This document shows positions 29,001 through 43,524 of a stretch of DNA of 64,000 nt, piece by piece; position 1 is the stretch's first letter; each line of letters begins with the position of its first letter. Under the pieces are notes generated by a model. That model did not search any database. It worked only from the letters and a program-made list of their open reading frames with translations, and had not been told where the DNA came from. The stretch is from contig OZ059897.1 of the NCBI GenBank assembly GCA_964057225.1, forward strand, positions 19,778,001 through 19,842,000. Reading direction: 5' to 3'. This DNA comes from Auanema rhodensis. Its lineage: Eukaryota; Animalia; Nematoda. A program made the position numbers and the translations under genes.

Positions 29001-31941
29001 GACGCAGCTTAAAAATCCGCATCGAATGCACTATACTACATTGAAAAACGCTTGATACAAAAATTAGTTATGATCTTTTGAAAAATGATGCATTAGTGTA
29101 TGTTGAGTTTCCATGTACACTCAACATTGCTTCCAAAAACATTTTGACAAAAATTTTTTCGAAAAATTTCAAAATAATTTAGCAAAAAGTAGATGTTTTT
29201 AGATTCCTTTTTTCAAGGCAAAGACGATGGACAATGTTATTCAACGAAAAAATTATTTCTTCAGGGTGAAAATCGAGGATATAAGTGTGAACTTATATCA
29301 GTTGATATCTCGGTGCATTTTTAAGCTAGCGCAAATCTGATAACACAGATCGACGCAGCTTAAAAATCCGCATCGAATGCACTATACTACATTGAAAAAC
29401 GCTTGATACAAAAATTAGTTATGATCTTTTGAAAAATGATGCATTAGTGTATGTTGAGTTTCCATGTACACTCAACATTGCTTCCAAAAACATTTTGACA
29501 AAAATTTTTTCGAAAAATTTCAAAATAATTTAGCAAAAAGTAGATGTTTTTAGATTCCTTTTTTCAAGGCAAAGACGATGGACAATGTTATTCAACGAAA
29601 AAATTATTTCTTCAGGGTGAAAATCGAGGATATAAGTGTGAACTTATATCAGTTGATATCTCGGTGCATTTTTAAGCTAGCGCAAATCTGATAACACAGA
29701 TCGACGCAGCTTAAAAATCCGCATCGAATGCACTATACTACATTGGAAAACGCTTGATACAAAAATTAGTTATGATCTTTTGAAAAATGATGCATTAGTG
29801 TATGTTGAGTTTCCATGTACACTCAACATTGCTTCCAAAAACATTTTGACAAAAATTTTTTCGAAAAATTTCAAAATAATTTAGCAAAAAGTAGATGTTT
29901 TTAGATTCCATTTCTCAAGGCAAAGACGATAGACAATGTTATTCAACGAAAAAATTAATTCTTCAGGGTGAAAATCGAGGATATAAGTGTGAACTTATAT
30001 CAGTTGATATCTCGGTGCATTTTTAAGCTAGCGCAAATCTGATAACACAGATCGACGCAGCTTAAAAATCCGCATCGAATGCACTATACTACATTGAGAA
30101 ACGCTTAATACAAAAATTAGTTATGATCGTTTGAAAAATGATGCATTAGTGTATGTTGAGTTTCCATGTACACTCAACATTGCTTCCAAAAACATTTTGA
30201 CAAAAATTTTTTCGAAAAATTTCAAAATAATTTAGCAAAAAGTAGATGTTTTTAGATTCCATTTTTCAAGGCAAAGACGATAGACAATGTTATTCAACGA
30301 AAAAATTAATTCTTCAGGGTGAAAATCGAGGATATAAGTGTGAACTTATATCAGTTGATATCTCGGTGCATTTTTAAGCTAGCGCAAATCTGATAACACA
30401 GATCGACGCAGCTTAAAAATCCGCATCGAATGCACTATACTACATTGAGAAACGCTTAATACAAAAATTAGTTATGATCGTTTGAAAAATGATGCATTAG
30501 TGTATGTTGAGTTTCCATGTACACTCAACATTGCTTCCAAAAACATTTTGACAAAAATGTTTTCGAAAAATTTCAAAATAATTTAGCAAAAAGTAGATGT
30601 TTTTAGATTCCATTTTTCAAGGCAAAGACGATGGACAATGTTATTCAACGAAAAAATTAATTCTTCAGGGTGAAAATCGAGGATATAAGTGTGAACTTAT
30701 ATCAGTTGATATCTCGGTGCATTTTTAAGCTAGCGCAAATCTGATAACACAGATCGACGCAGCTTAAAATTCCGCATCGAATGCACTATACTACATTGAG
30801 AAACGCTTAATACAAAAATTAGTTATGATCGTTTGAAAAATGATGCATTAGTGTATGTTGAGTTTCCATGTACACTCAACATTGCTTCCAAAAACATTTT
30901 GACAAAAATTTTTTTGAAAAAATTCAAAATAATTTAGCAAAAAGTAGATGTTTTTAGATTCCTTTTTTCAAGGCAAAGACGATGGACAATGTTATTCAAC
31001 GAAAAAATTAATTCTTCAGGGTGAAAATCGAGGATATAAGTGTGAACTTATATCAGTTGATATCTCGGTGCATTTTTAAGCTAGCGCAAATCTGATAACA
31101 CAGATCGACGCAGCTTAAAAATCCGCATCGAATGCACTATACTACATTGAGAAACGCTTAATACAAAAATTAGTTATGATCGTTTGAAAAATGATGCATT
31201 AGTGTATGTTGAGTTTCCATGTACACTCAACATTGCTTCCAAAAACATTTTGACAAAAATGTTTTCGAAAAATTTCAAAATAATTTAGCAAAAAGTAGAT
31301 GTTTTTAGATTCCATTTTTCAAGGCAAAGACGATGGACAATGTTATTCAACGAAAAAATTAATTCTTCAGGGTGAAAATCGAGGATATAAGTGTGAACTT
31401 ATATCAGTTGATATCTCGGTGCATTTTTAAGCTAGCGCAAATCTGATAACACAGATCGACGCAGCTTAAAAATCCGCATCGAATGCACTATACTACATTG
31501 AAAAACGCTTGATACAAAAATTAGTTATGATCTTTTGAAAAATGATGCATTAGTGTATGTTGAGTTTCCATGTACACTCAACATTGCTTCCAAAAACATT
31601 TTGACAAAAATTTTTTCGAAAAATTTCAAAATAATTTAGCAAAAAGTAGATGTTTTTAGATTCCTTTTTTCAAGGCAAAGACGATGGACAATGTTATTCA
31701 ACGAAAAAATTATTTCTTCAGGGTGAAAATCGAGGATATAAGTGTGAACTTATATCAGTTGATATCTCGGTGCATTTTTAAGCTAGCGCAAATCTGATAA
31801 CACAGATCGACGCAGCTTAAAAATCCGCATCGAATGCACTATACTACATTGAAAAACGCTTGATACAAAAATTAGTTATGATCTTTTGAAAAATGATGCA
31901 TTAGTGTATGTTGAGTTTCCATGTACACTCAACATTGCTTC
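20008..31941. repeat. 9-monomer higher-order repeat (3,159 bp) x3 plus a 7-monomer deleted copy
   Basis: Marker A262G ('attggaaaacg') at 20269, 23428, 26587 and 29746, spaced exactly 3,159 bp. Units starting 20008, 23167 and 26326 have the same monomer order; the unit at 29485 lacks two internal monomers. Confidence 0.92.
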
Positions 31942-34900
31942 CAAAAACATTTTGACAAAAATTTTTTCGAAAAATTTCAAAATAATTTAGCAAAAAGTAG
32001 ATGTTTTTAGATTCCATTTCTCAAGGCAAAGACGATAGACAATGTTATTCAACGAAAAAATTAATTCTTCAGGGTGAAAATCGAGGATATAAGTGTGAAC
32101 TTATATCAGTTGATATCTCGGTGCATTTTTAAGCTAGCGCAAATCTGATAACACAGATCGACGCAGCTTAAAAATCCGCATCGAATGCACTATACTACAT
32201 TGAGAAACGCTTAATACAAAAATTAGTTATGATCGTTTGAAAAATGATGCATTAGTGTATGTTGAGTTTCCATGTACACTCAACATTGCTTCCAAAAACA
32301 TTTTGACAAAAATTTTTTCGAAAAATTTCAAAATAATTTAGCAAAAAGTAGATGTTTTTAGATTCCATTTTTCAAGGCAAAGACGATAGACAATGTTATT
32401 CAACGAAAAAATTAATTCTTCAGGGTGAAAATCGAGGATATAAGTGTGAACTTATATCAGTTGATATCTCGGTGCATTTTTAAGCTAGCGCAAATCTGAT
32501 AACACAGATCGACGCAGCTTAAAAATCCGCATCGAATGCACTATACTACATTGAGAAACGCTTAATACAAAAATTAGTTATGATCGTTTGAAAAATGATG
32601 CATTAGTGTATGTTGAGTTTCCATGTACACTCAACATTGCTTCCAAAAACATTTTGACAAAAATGTTTTCGAAAAATTTCAAAATAATTTAGCAAAAAGT
32701 AGATGTTTTTAGATTCCTTTTTTCAAGGCAAAGACGATGGACAATGTTATTCAACGAAAAAATTATTTCTTCAGGGTGAAAATCGAGGATATAAGTGTGA
32801 ACTTATATCAGTTGATATCTCGGTGCATTTTTAAGCTAGCGCAAATCTGATAACACAGATCGACGCAGCTTAAAAATCCGCATCGAATGCACTATACTAC
32901 ATTGAAAAACGCTTGATACAAAAATTAGTTATGATCTTTTGAAAAATGATGCATTAGTGTATGTTGAGTTTCCATGTACACTCAACATTGCTTCCAAAAA
33001 CATTTTGACAAAAATTTTTTCGAAAAATTTCAAAATAATTTAGCAAAAAGTAGATGTTTTTAGATTCCTTTTTTCAAGGCAAAGACGATGGACAATGTTA
33101 TTCAACGAAAAAATTATTTCTTCAGGGTGAAAATCGAGGATATAAGTGTGAACTTATATCAGTTGATATCTCGGTGCATTTTTAAGCTAGCGCAAATCTG
33201 ATAACACAGATCGACGCAGCTTAAAAATCCGCATCGAATGCACTATACTACATTGAAAAACGCTTGATACAAAAATTAGTTATGATCTTTTGAAAAATGA
33301 TGCATTAGTGTATGTTGAGTTTCCATGTACACTCAACATTGCTTCCAAAAACATTTTGACAAAAATTTTTTCGAAAAATTTCAAAATAATTTAGCAAAAA
33401 GTAGATGTTTTTAGATTCCATTTCTCAAGGCAAAGACGATAGACAATGTTATTCAACGAAAAAATTAATTCTTCAGGGTGAAAATCGAGGATATAAGTGT
33501 GAACTTATATCAGTTGATATCTCGGTGCATTTTTAAGCTAGCGCAAATCTGATAACACAGATCGACGCAGCTTAAAAATCCGCATCGAATGCACTATACT
33601 ACATTGAGAAACGCTTAATACAAAAATTAGTTATGATCGTTTGAAAAATGATGCATTAGTGTATGTTGAGTTTCCATTTACACTCAACATTGCTTCCAAA
33701 AACATTTTGACAAAAATTTTTTCGAAAAATTTCAAAATAATTTAGCAAAAAGTAGATGTTTTTAGATTCCATTTTTCAAGGCAAAGACGATAGACAATGT
33801 TATTCAACGAAAAAATTAATTCTTCAGGGTGAAAATCGAGGATATAAGTGTGAACTTATATCAGTTGATATCTCGGTGCATTTTCAAGCTAGCGCAAATC
33901 TGATAACACAGATCGACGCAGCTTAAAAATCCGCATCGAATGCACTATACTACATTGAGAAACGCTTAATACAAAAATTAGTTATGATCGTTTGAAAAAT
34001 GATGCATTAGTGTATGTTGAGTTTCCATGTACACTCAACATTGCTTCCAAAAACATTTTGACAAAAATGTTTTCGAAAAATTTCAAAATAATTTAGCCAA
34101 AAGTAGATGTTTTTAGATTCCATTTTTCAAGGCAAAGACGATGGACAATGTTATTCAACGAAAAAATTAATTCTTCAGGGTGAAAATCGAGGATATAAGT
34201 GTGAACTTATATCAGTTGATATCTCGGTGATTTTTTAAGCTAGCGCAAATCTGATAACACAGATCGACGCAGCTTAAAATTCCGCATCGAATGCACTATA
34301 CTACATTGAGAAACGCTTAATACAAAAATTAGTTATGATCGTTTGAAAAATGATGCATTAGTGTATGTTGAGTTTCCATGTACACTCAACATTGCTTCCA
34401 AAAACATTTTGACAAAAATTTTTTTGAAAAAATTCAAAATAATTTAGCAAAAAGTAGATGTTTTTAGATTCCTTTTTTCAAGGCAAAGACGATGGACAAT
34501 GTTATTCAACGAAAAAATTATTTCTTCAGGGTGAAAATCGAGGATATAAGTGTGAACTTATATCAGTTGATATCTCGGTGCATTTTTAAGCTAGCGCAAA
34601 TCTGATAACACAGATCGACGCAGCTTAAAAATCCGCATCGAATGCACTATACTACATTGAAAAACGCTTGATACAAAAATTAGTTATGATCTTTTGAAAA
34701 ATGATGCATTAGTGTATGTTGAGTTTCCATGTACACTCAACATTGCTTCCAAAAACATTTTGACAAAAATTTTTTCGAAAAATTTCAAAATAATTTAGCA
34801 AAAAGTAGATGTTTTTAGATTCCATTTTTCAAGGCAAAGACGATAGACAATGTTATTCAACGAAAAAATTAATTCTTCAGGGTGAAAATCGAGGATATAA

Positions 34901-37900
34901 GTGTGAACTTATATCAGTTGATATCTCGGTGCATTTTTAAGCTAGCGCAAATCTGATAACACAGATCGACGCAGCTTAAAAATCCGCATCGAATGCACTA
35001 TACTACATTGAGAAACGCTTAATACAAAAATTAGTTATGATCGTTTGAAAAATGATGCATTAGTGTATGTTGAGTTTCCATGTACACTCAACATTGCTTC
35101 CAAAAACATTTTGACAAAAATGTTTTCGAAAAATTTCAAAATAATTTAGCAAAAAGTAGATGTTTTTAGATTCCATTTTTCAAGGCAAAGACGATGGACA
35201 ATGTTATTCAACGAAAAAATTAATTCTTCAGGGTGAAAATCGAGGATATAAGTGTGAACTTATATCAGTTGATATCTCGGTGCATTTTTAAGCTAGCGCA
35301 AATCTGATAACACAGATCGACGCAGCTTAAAATTCCGCATCGAATGCACTATACTACATTGAGAAACGCTTAATACAAAAATTAGTTATGATCGTTTGAA
35401 AAATGATGCATTAGTGTATGTTGAGTTTCCATGTACACTCAACATTGCTTCCAAAAACATTTTGACAAAAATTTTTTTGAAAAAATTCAAAATAATTTAG
35501 CAAAAAGTAGATGTTTTTAGATTCCTTTTTTCAAGGCAAAGACGATGGACAATGTTATTCAACGAAAAAATTATTTCTTCAGGGTGAAAATCGAGGATAT
35601 AAGTGTGAACTTATATCAGTTGATATCTCGGTGCATTTTTAAGCTAGCGCAAATCTGATAACACAGATCGACGCAGCTTAAAATTCCGCATCGAATGCAC
35701 TATACTACATTGAGAAACGCTTAATACAAAAATTAGTTATGATCGTTTGAAAAATGATGCATTAGTGTATGTTGAGTTTCCATGTACACTCAACATTGCT
35801 TCCAAAAACATTTTGACAAAAATTTTTTTGAAAAAATTCAAAATAATTTAGCAAAAAGTAGATGTTTTTAGATTCCTTTTTTCAAGGCAAAGACGATGGA
35901 CAATGTTATTCAACGAAAAAATTATTTCTTCAGGGTGAAAATCGAGGATATAAGTGTGAACTTATATCAGTTGATATCTCGGTGCATTTTTAAGCTAGCG
36001 CAAATCTGATAACACAGATCGACGCAGCTTAAAAATCCGCATCGAATGCACTATACTACATTGAGAAACGCTTAATACAAAAATTAGTTATGATCGTTTG
36101 AAAAATGATGCATTAGTGTATGTTGAGTTTCCATGTACACTCAACATTGCTTCCAAAAACATTTTGACAAAAATGTTTTCGAAAAATTTCAAAATAATTT
36201 AGCAAAAAGTAGATGTTTTTAGATTCCATTTTTCAAGGCAAAGACGATGGACAATGTTATTCAACGAAAAAATTAATTCTTCAGGGTGAAAATCGAGGAT
36301 ATAAGTGTGAACTTATATCAGTTGATATCTCGGTGCATTTTTAAGCTAGCGCAAATCTGATAACACAGATCGACGCAGCTTAAAATTCCGCATCGAATGC
36401 ACTATACTACATTGAGAAACGCTTAATACAAAAATTAGTTATGATCGTTTGAAAAATGATGCATTAGTGTATGTTGAGTTTCCATGTACACTCAACATTG
36501 CTTCCAAAAACATTTTGACAAAAATTTTTTTGAAAAAATTCAAAATAATTTAGCAAAAAGTAGATGTTTTTAGATTCCTTTTTTCAAGGCAAAGACGATG
36601 GACAATGTTATTCAACGAAAAAATTATTTCTTCAGGGTGAAAATCGAGGATATAAGTGTGAACTTATATCAGTTGATATCTCGGTGCATTTTTAAGCTAG
36701 CGCAAATCTGATAACACAGATCGACGCAGCTTAAAAATCCGCATCGAATGCACTATACTACATTGAAAAACGCTTGATACAAAAATTAGTTATGATCTTT
36801 TGAAAAATGATGCATTAGTGTATGTTGAGTTTCCATGTACACTCAACATTGCTTCCAAAAACATTTTGACAAAAATTTTTTCGAAAAATTTCAAAATAAT
36901 TTAGCAAAAAGTAGATGTTTTTAGATTCCATTTCTCAAGGCAAAGACGATAGACAATGTTATTCAACGAAAAAATTAATTCTTCAGGGTGAAAATCGAGG
37001 ATATAAGTGTGAACTTATATCAGTTGATATCTCGGTGCATTTTTAAGCTAGCGCAAATCTGATAACACAGATCGACGCAGCTTAAAAATCCGCATCGAAT
37101 GCACTATACTACATTGAGAAACGCTTAATACAAAAATTAGTTATGATCGTTTGAAAAATGATGCATTAGTGTATGTTGAGTTTCCATGTACACTCAACAT
37201 TGCTTCCAAACACATTTTGACAAAAATTTTTTCGAAAAATTTCAAAATAATTCAGCAAAAAGTAGATGTTTTTAGATTCCATTTTCCAAGGCAAAGACGA
37301 TAGACAATGTTATTCAACGAAAAAATTAATTCTTCAGGGTGAAAATCGAGGATATAAGTGTGAACTTATATCAGTTGATATCTCGGTGCATTTTTAAGCT
37401 AGCGCAAATCTGATAACACAGATCGACGCAGTTTAAAAATCCGCATCGAATGCACTATACGACATTGAGAAACGCTTAATACAAAAATTAGTTATGATCG
37501 TTTGAAAAATGATGCATTAGTGTATGTTGAGTTTCCATGTACACTCAACATTGCTTCCAAAAACATTTTGACAAAACTTTTTTCGAAAAATTTCAAAATA
37601 ATTTAGCAAAAAGTAGATGTTTTTAGATTCCTTTTTTCGAGGCAAAGACGATGGACAATGTTATTCAACGAAAAAATTATTTCTTCAGGGTGAAAATCGA
37701 GGATATAAGTGTGAACTTATATCAGTTGATATCTCGGTGCATTTTTAAGCTAGCGCAAATCTGATAACACAGATCGACGCAGCTTAAAAATCCGCATCGA
37801 ATGCACTATACTACATTGAAAAACGCTTGATACAAAAATTAGTTATGATCTTTTGAAAAATGATGCATTAGTGTATGTTGAGTTTCCATGTACACTCAAC

Positions 37901-37908
37901 ATTGCTTC

Positions 37909-40900
37909 CAAAAACATTTTGACAAAAATTTTTTCGAAAAATTTCAAAATAATTTAGCAAAAAGTAGATGTTTTTAGATTCCATTTCTCAAGGCAAAGAC
38001 GATAGACAATGTTATTCAACGAAAAAATTAATTCTTCAGGGTGAAAATCGAGGATATAAGTGTGAACTTATATCAGTTGATATCTCGGTGCATTTTTAAG
38101 CTAGCGCAAATCTGATAACACAGATCAACGCAGCTTAAAAATCCGCATCGAATGCACTATACTACATTGAGAAACGCTTAATACAAAAATTAGTTATGAT
38201 CGTTTGAAAAATGATGCATTAGTGTATGTTGAGTTTCCATGTACACTCAACATTGCTTCCAAAAACATTTTGACAAAAATTTTTTCGAAAAATTTCAAAA
38301 TAATTTAGCAAAAAGTAGATGTTTTTAGATTCCATTTTTCAAGGCAAAGACGATAGACAATGTTATTCAACGAAAAAATTAATTCTTCAGGGTGAAAATC
38401 GAGGATATAAGTGTGAACTTATATCAGTTGATATCTCGGTGCATTTTTAAGCTAGCGCAAATCTGATAACACAGATCGACGCAGCTTAAAAATCCGCATC
38501 GAATGCACTATACTACATTGAGAAACGCTTAATACAAAAATTAGTTATGATCGTTTGAAAAATGATGCATTAGTGTATGTTGAGTTTCCATGTACACTTA
38601 ACATTGCTTCCAAAAACATTTTGACAAAAATGTTTTCGAAAAATTTCAAAATAATTTAGCAAAAAGTAGATGTTTTTAGATTCCATTTTTCAAGGCAAAG
38701 ACGATGGACAATGTTATTCAACGAAAAAATTAATTCTTCAGGGTGAAAATCGAGGATATAAGTGTGAACTTATATCAGTTGATATCTCGGTGCATTTTTA
38801 AGCTAGCGCAAATCTGATAACACAGATCGACGCAGCTTAAAATTCCGCATCGAATGCACTATACTACATTGAGAAACGCTTAATACAAAAATTAGTTATG
38901 ATCGTTTGAAAAATGATGCATTAGTGTATGTTGAGTTTCCATGTACACTCAACATTGCTTCCAAAAACATTTTGACAAAAATTTTTTTGAAAAAATTCAA
39001 AATAATTTAGCAAAAAGTAGATGTTTTTAGATTCCTTTTTTCAAGGCAAAGACGATGGACAATGTTATTCAACGAAAAAATTATTTCTTCAGGGTGAAAA
39101 TCGAGGATATAAGTGTGAACTTATATCAGTTGATATCTCGGTGCATTTTTAAGCTAGCGCAAATCTGATAACACAGATCGACGCAGCTTAAAAATCCGCA
39201 TCGAATGCACTATACTACATTGAAAAACGCTTGATACAAAAATTAGTTATGATCTTTTGAAAAATGATGCATTAGTGTATGTTGAGTTTCCATGTACACT
39301 CAACATTGCTTCCAAAAACATTTTGACAAAAATTTTTTCGAAAAATTTCAAAATAATTTAGCAAAAAGTAGATGTTTTTAGATTCCATTTCTCAAGGCAA
39401 AGACGATAGACAATGTTATTCAACGAAAAAATTAATTCTTCAGGGTGAAAATCGAGGATATAAGTGTGAACTTATATCAGTTGATATCTCGGTGCATTTT
39501 TAAGCTAGCGCAAATCTGATAACACAGATCGACGCAGCTTAAAAATCCGCATCGAATGCACTATACTACATTGAGAAACGCTTAATACAAAAATTAGTTA
39601 TGATCGTTTGAAAAATGATGCATTAGTGTATGTTGAGTTTCCATGTACACTCAACATTGCTTCCAAAAACATTTTGACAAAAATTTTTTCGAAAAATTTC
39701 AAAATAATTTAGCAAAAAGTAGATGTTTTTAGATTCCTTTTTTCAAGGCAAAGACGATGGACAATGTTATTCAACGAAAAAATTATTTCTTCAGGGTGAA
39801 AATCGAGGATATAAGTGTGAACTTATATCAGTTGATATCTCGGTGCATTTTTAAGCTAGCGCAAATCTGATAACACAGATCGACGCAGCTTAAAAATCCG
39901 CATCGAATGCACTATACTACATTGAAAAACGCTTGATACAAAAATTAGTTATGATCTTTTGAAAAATGATGCATTAGTGTATGTTGAGTTTCCATGTACA
40001 CTCAACATTGCTTCCAAAAACATTTTGACAAAAATTTTTTCGAAAAATTTCAAAATAATTTAGCAAAAAGTAGATGTTTTTAGATTCCATTTCTCAAGGC
40101 AAAGACGATAGACAATGTTATTCAACGAAAAAATTAATTCTTCAGGGTGAAAATCGAGGATATAAGTGTGAACTTATATCAGTTGATATCTCGGTGCATT
40201 TTTAAGCTAGCGCAAATCTGATAACACAGATCAACGCAGCTTAAAAATCCGCATCGAATGCACTATACTACATTGAGAAACGCTTAATACAAAAATTAGT
40301 TATGATCGTTTGAAAAATGATGCATTAGTGTATGTTGAGTTTCCATGTACACTCAACATTGCTTCCAAAAACATTTTGACAAAAATTTTTTCGAAAAATT
40401 TCAAAATAATTTAGCAAAAAGTAGATGTTTTTAGATTCCATTTTTCAAGGCAAAGACGATAGACAATGTTATTCAACGAAAAAATTAATTCTTCAGGGTG
40501 AAAATCGAGGATATAAGTGTGAACTTATATCAGTTGATATCTCGGTGCATTTTTAAGCTAGCGCAAATCTGATAACACAGATCGACGCAGCTTAAAAATC
40601 CGCATCGAATGCACTATACTACATTGAGAAACGCTTAATACAAAAATTAGTTATGATCGTTTGAAAAATGATGCATTAGTGTATGTTGAGTTTCCATGTA
40701 CACTTAACATTGCTTCCAAAAACATTTTGACAAAAATGTTTTCGAAAAATTTCAAAATAATTTAGCAAAAAGTAGATGTTTTTAGATTCCATTTTTCAAG
40801 GCAAAGACGATGGACAATGTTATTCAACGAAAAAATTAATTCTTCAGGGTGAAAATCGAGGATATAAGTGTGAACTTATATCAGTTGATATCTCGGTGCA

Positions 40901-42120
40901 TTTTTAAGCTAGCGCAAATCTGATAACACAGATCGACGCAGCTTAAAATTCCGCATCGAATGCACTATACTACATTGAGAAACGCTTAATACAAAAATTA
41001 GTTATGATCGTTTGAAAAATGATGCATTAGTGTATGTTGAGTTTCCATGTACACTCAACATTGCTTCCAAAAACATTTTGACAAAAATTTTTTTGAAAAA
41101 ATTCAAAATAATTTAGCAAAAAGTAGATGTTTTTAGATTCCTTTTTTCAAGGCAAAGACGATGGACAATGTTATTCAACGAAAAAATTATTTCTTCAGGG
41201 TGAAAATCGAGGATATAAGTGTGAACTTATATCAGTTGATATCTCGGTGCATTTTTAAGCTAGCGCAAATCTGATAACACAGATCGACGCAGCTTAAAAA
41301 TCCGCATCGAATGCACTATACTACATTGAAAAACGCTTGATACAAAAATTAGTTATGATCTTTTGAAAAATGATGCATTAGTGTATGTTGAGTTTCCATG
41401 TACACTCAACATTGCTTCCAAAAACATTTTGACAAAAATTTTTTCGAAAAATTTCAAAATAATTTAGCAAAAAGTAGATGTTTTTAGATTCCATTTCTCA
41501 AGGCAAAGACGATAGACAATGTTATTCAACGAAAAAATTAATTCTTCAGGGTGAAAATCGAGGATATAAGTGTGAACTTATATCAGTTGATATCTCGGTG
41601 CATTTTTAAGCTAGCGCAAATCTGATAACACAGATCGACGCAGCTTAAAAATCCGCATCGAATGCACTATACTACATTGAGAAACGCTTAATACAAAAAT
41701 TAGTTATGATCGTTTGAAAAATGATGCATTAGTGTATGTTGAGTTTCCATGTACACTCAACATTGCTTCCAAAAACATTTTGACAAAAATTTTTTCGAAA
41801 AATTTCAAAATAATTTAGCAAAAAGTAGATGTTTTTAGATTCCTTTTTTCAAGGCAAAGACGATGGACAATGTTATTCAACGAAAAAATTATTTCTTCAG
41901 GGTGAAAATCGAGGATATAAGTGTGAACTTATATCAGTTGATATCTCGGTGCATTTTTAAGCTAGCGCAAATCTGATAACACAGATCGACGCAGCTTAAA
42001 AATCCGCATCGAATGCACTATACTACATTGAAAAACGCTTGATACAAAAATTAGTTATGATCGTTTGAAAAATGATGCATTAGTGTATGTTGAGTTTCCA
42101 TGTACACTCAACATTGCTTC
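37909..42120. repeat. 6-monomer higher-order repeat (2,106 bp) x2
   Basis: Private SNPs G219A at 38127 and 40233 and C340T at 38599 and 40705, with matching monomer order. Confidence 0.9.
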
Positions 42121-43524
42121 CAAAAACATTTTGACAAAAATTTTTTCGAAAAATTTCAAAATAATTTAGCAAAAAGTAGATGTTTTTAGATTCCATTTCT
42201 CAAGGCAAAGACGATAGACAATGTTATTCAACGAAAAAATTAATTCTTCAGGGTGAAAATCGAGGATATAAGTGTGAACTTATATCAGTTGATATCTCGG
42301 TGCATTTTTAAGCTAGCGCAAATCTGATAACACAGATCGACGCAGCTTAAAAATCCGCATCGAATGCACTATACTACATTGAGAAACGCTTAATACAAAA
42401 ATTAGTTATGATCGTTTGAAAAATGATGCATTAGTGTATGTTGAGTTTCCATGTACACTCAACATTGCTTCCAAAAACATTTTGACAAAAATTTTTTCGA
42501 AAAATTTCAAAATAATTTAGCAAAAAGTAGATGTTTTTAGATTCCATTTCTCAAGGCAAAGACGATAGACAATGTTATTCAACGAAAAAATTAATTCTTC
42601 AGGGTGAAAATCGAGGATATAAGTGTGAACTTATATCAGTTGATATCTCGGTGCATTTTTAAGCTAGCGCAAATCTGATAACACAGATCGACGCAGCTTA
42701 AAAATCCGCATCGAATGCACTATACTACATTGAAAAACGCTTGATACAAAAATTAGTTATGATCGTTTGAAAAATGATGCATTAGTGTATGTTGAGTTTC
42801 CATGTACACTCAACATTGCTTCCAAAAACATTTTGACAAAAATTTTTTCGAAAAATTTCAAAATAATTTAGCAAAAAGTAGATGTTTTTAGATTCCATTT
42901 CTCAAGGCAAAGACGATAGACAATGTTATTCAACGAAAAAATTAATTCTTCAGGGTGAAAATCGAGGATATAAGTGTGAACTTATATCAGTTGATATCTC
43001 GGTGCATTTTTAAGCTAGCGCAAATCTGATAACACAGATCGACGCAGCTTAAAAATCCGCATCGAATGCACTATACTACATTGAGAAACGCTTAATACAA
43101 AAATTAGTTATGATCGTTTGAAAAATGATGCATTAGTGTATGTTGAGTTTCCATGTACACTCAACATTGCTTCCAAAAACATTTTGACAAAAATTTTTTC
43201 GAAAAATTTCAAAATAATTTAGCAAAAAGTAGATGTTTTTAGATTCCATTTTTCAAGGCAAAGACGATAGACAATGTTATTCAACGAAAAAATTAATTCT
43301 TCAGGGTGAAAATCGAGGATATAAGTGTGAACTTATATCAGTTGATATCTCGGTGCATTTTTAAGCTAGCGCAAATCTGATAACACAGATCGACGCAGCT
43401 TAAAAATCCGCATCGAATGCACTATACTACATTGAGAAACGCTTAATACAAAAATTAATTATGATCGTTTGAAAAATGATGCATTAGTGTATGTTGAGTT
43501 TCCATGTACACTCAACATTGCTTC

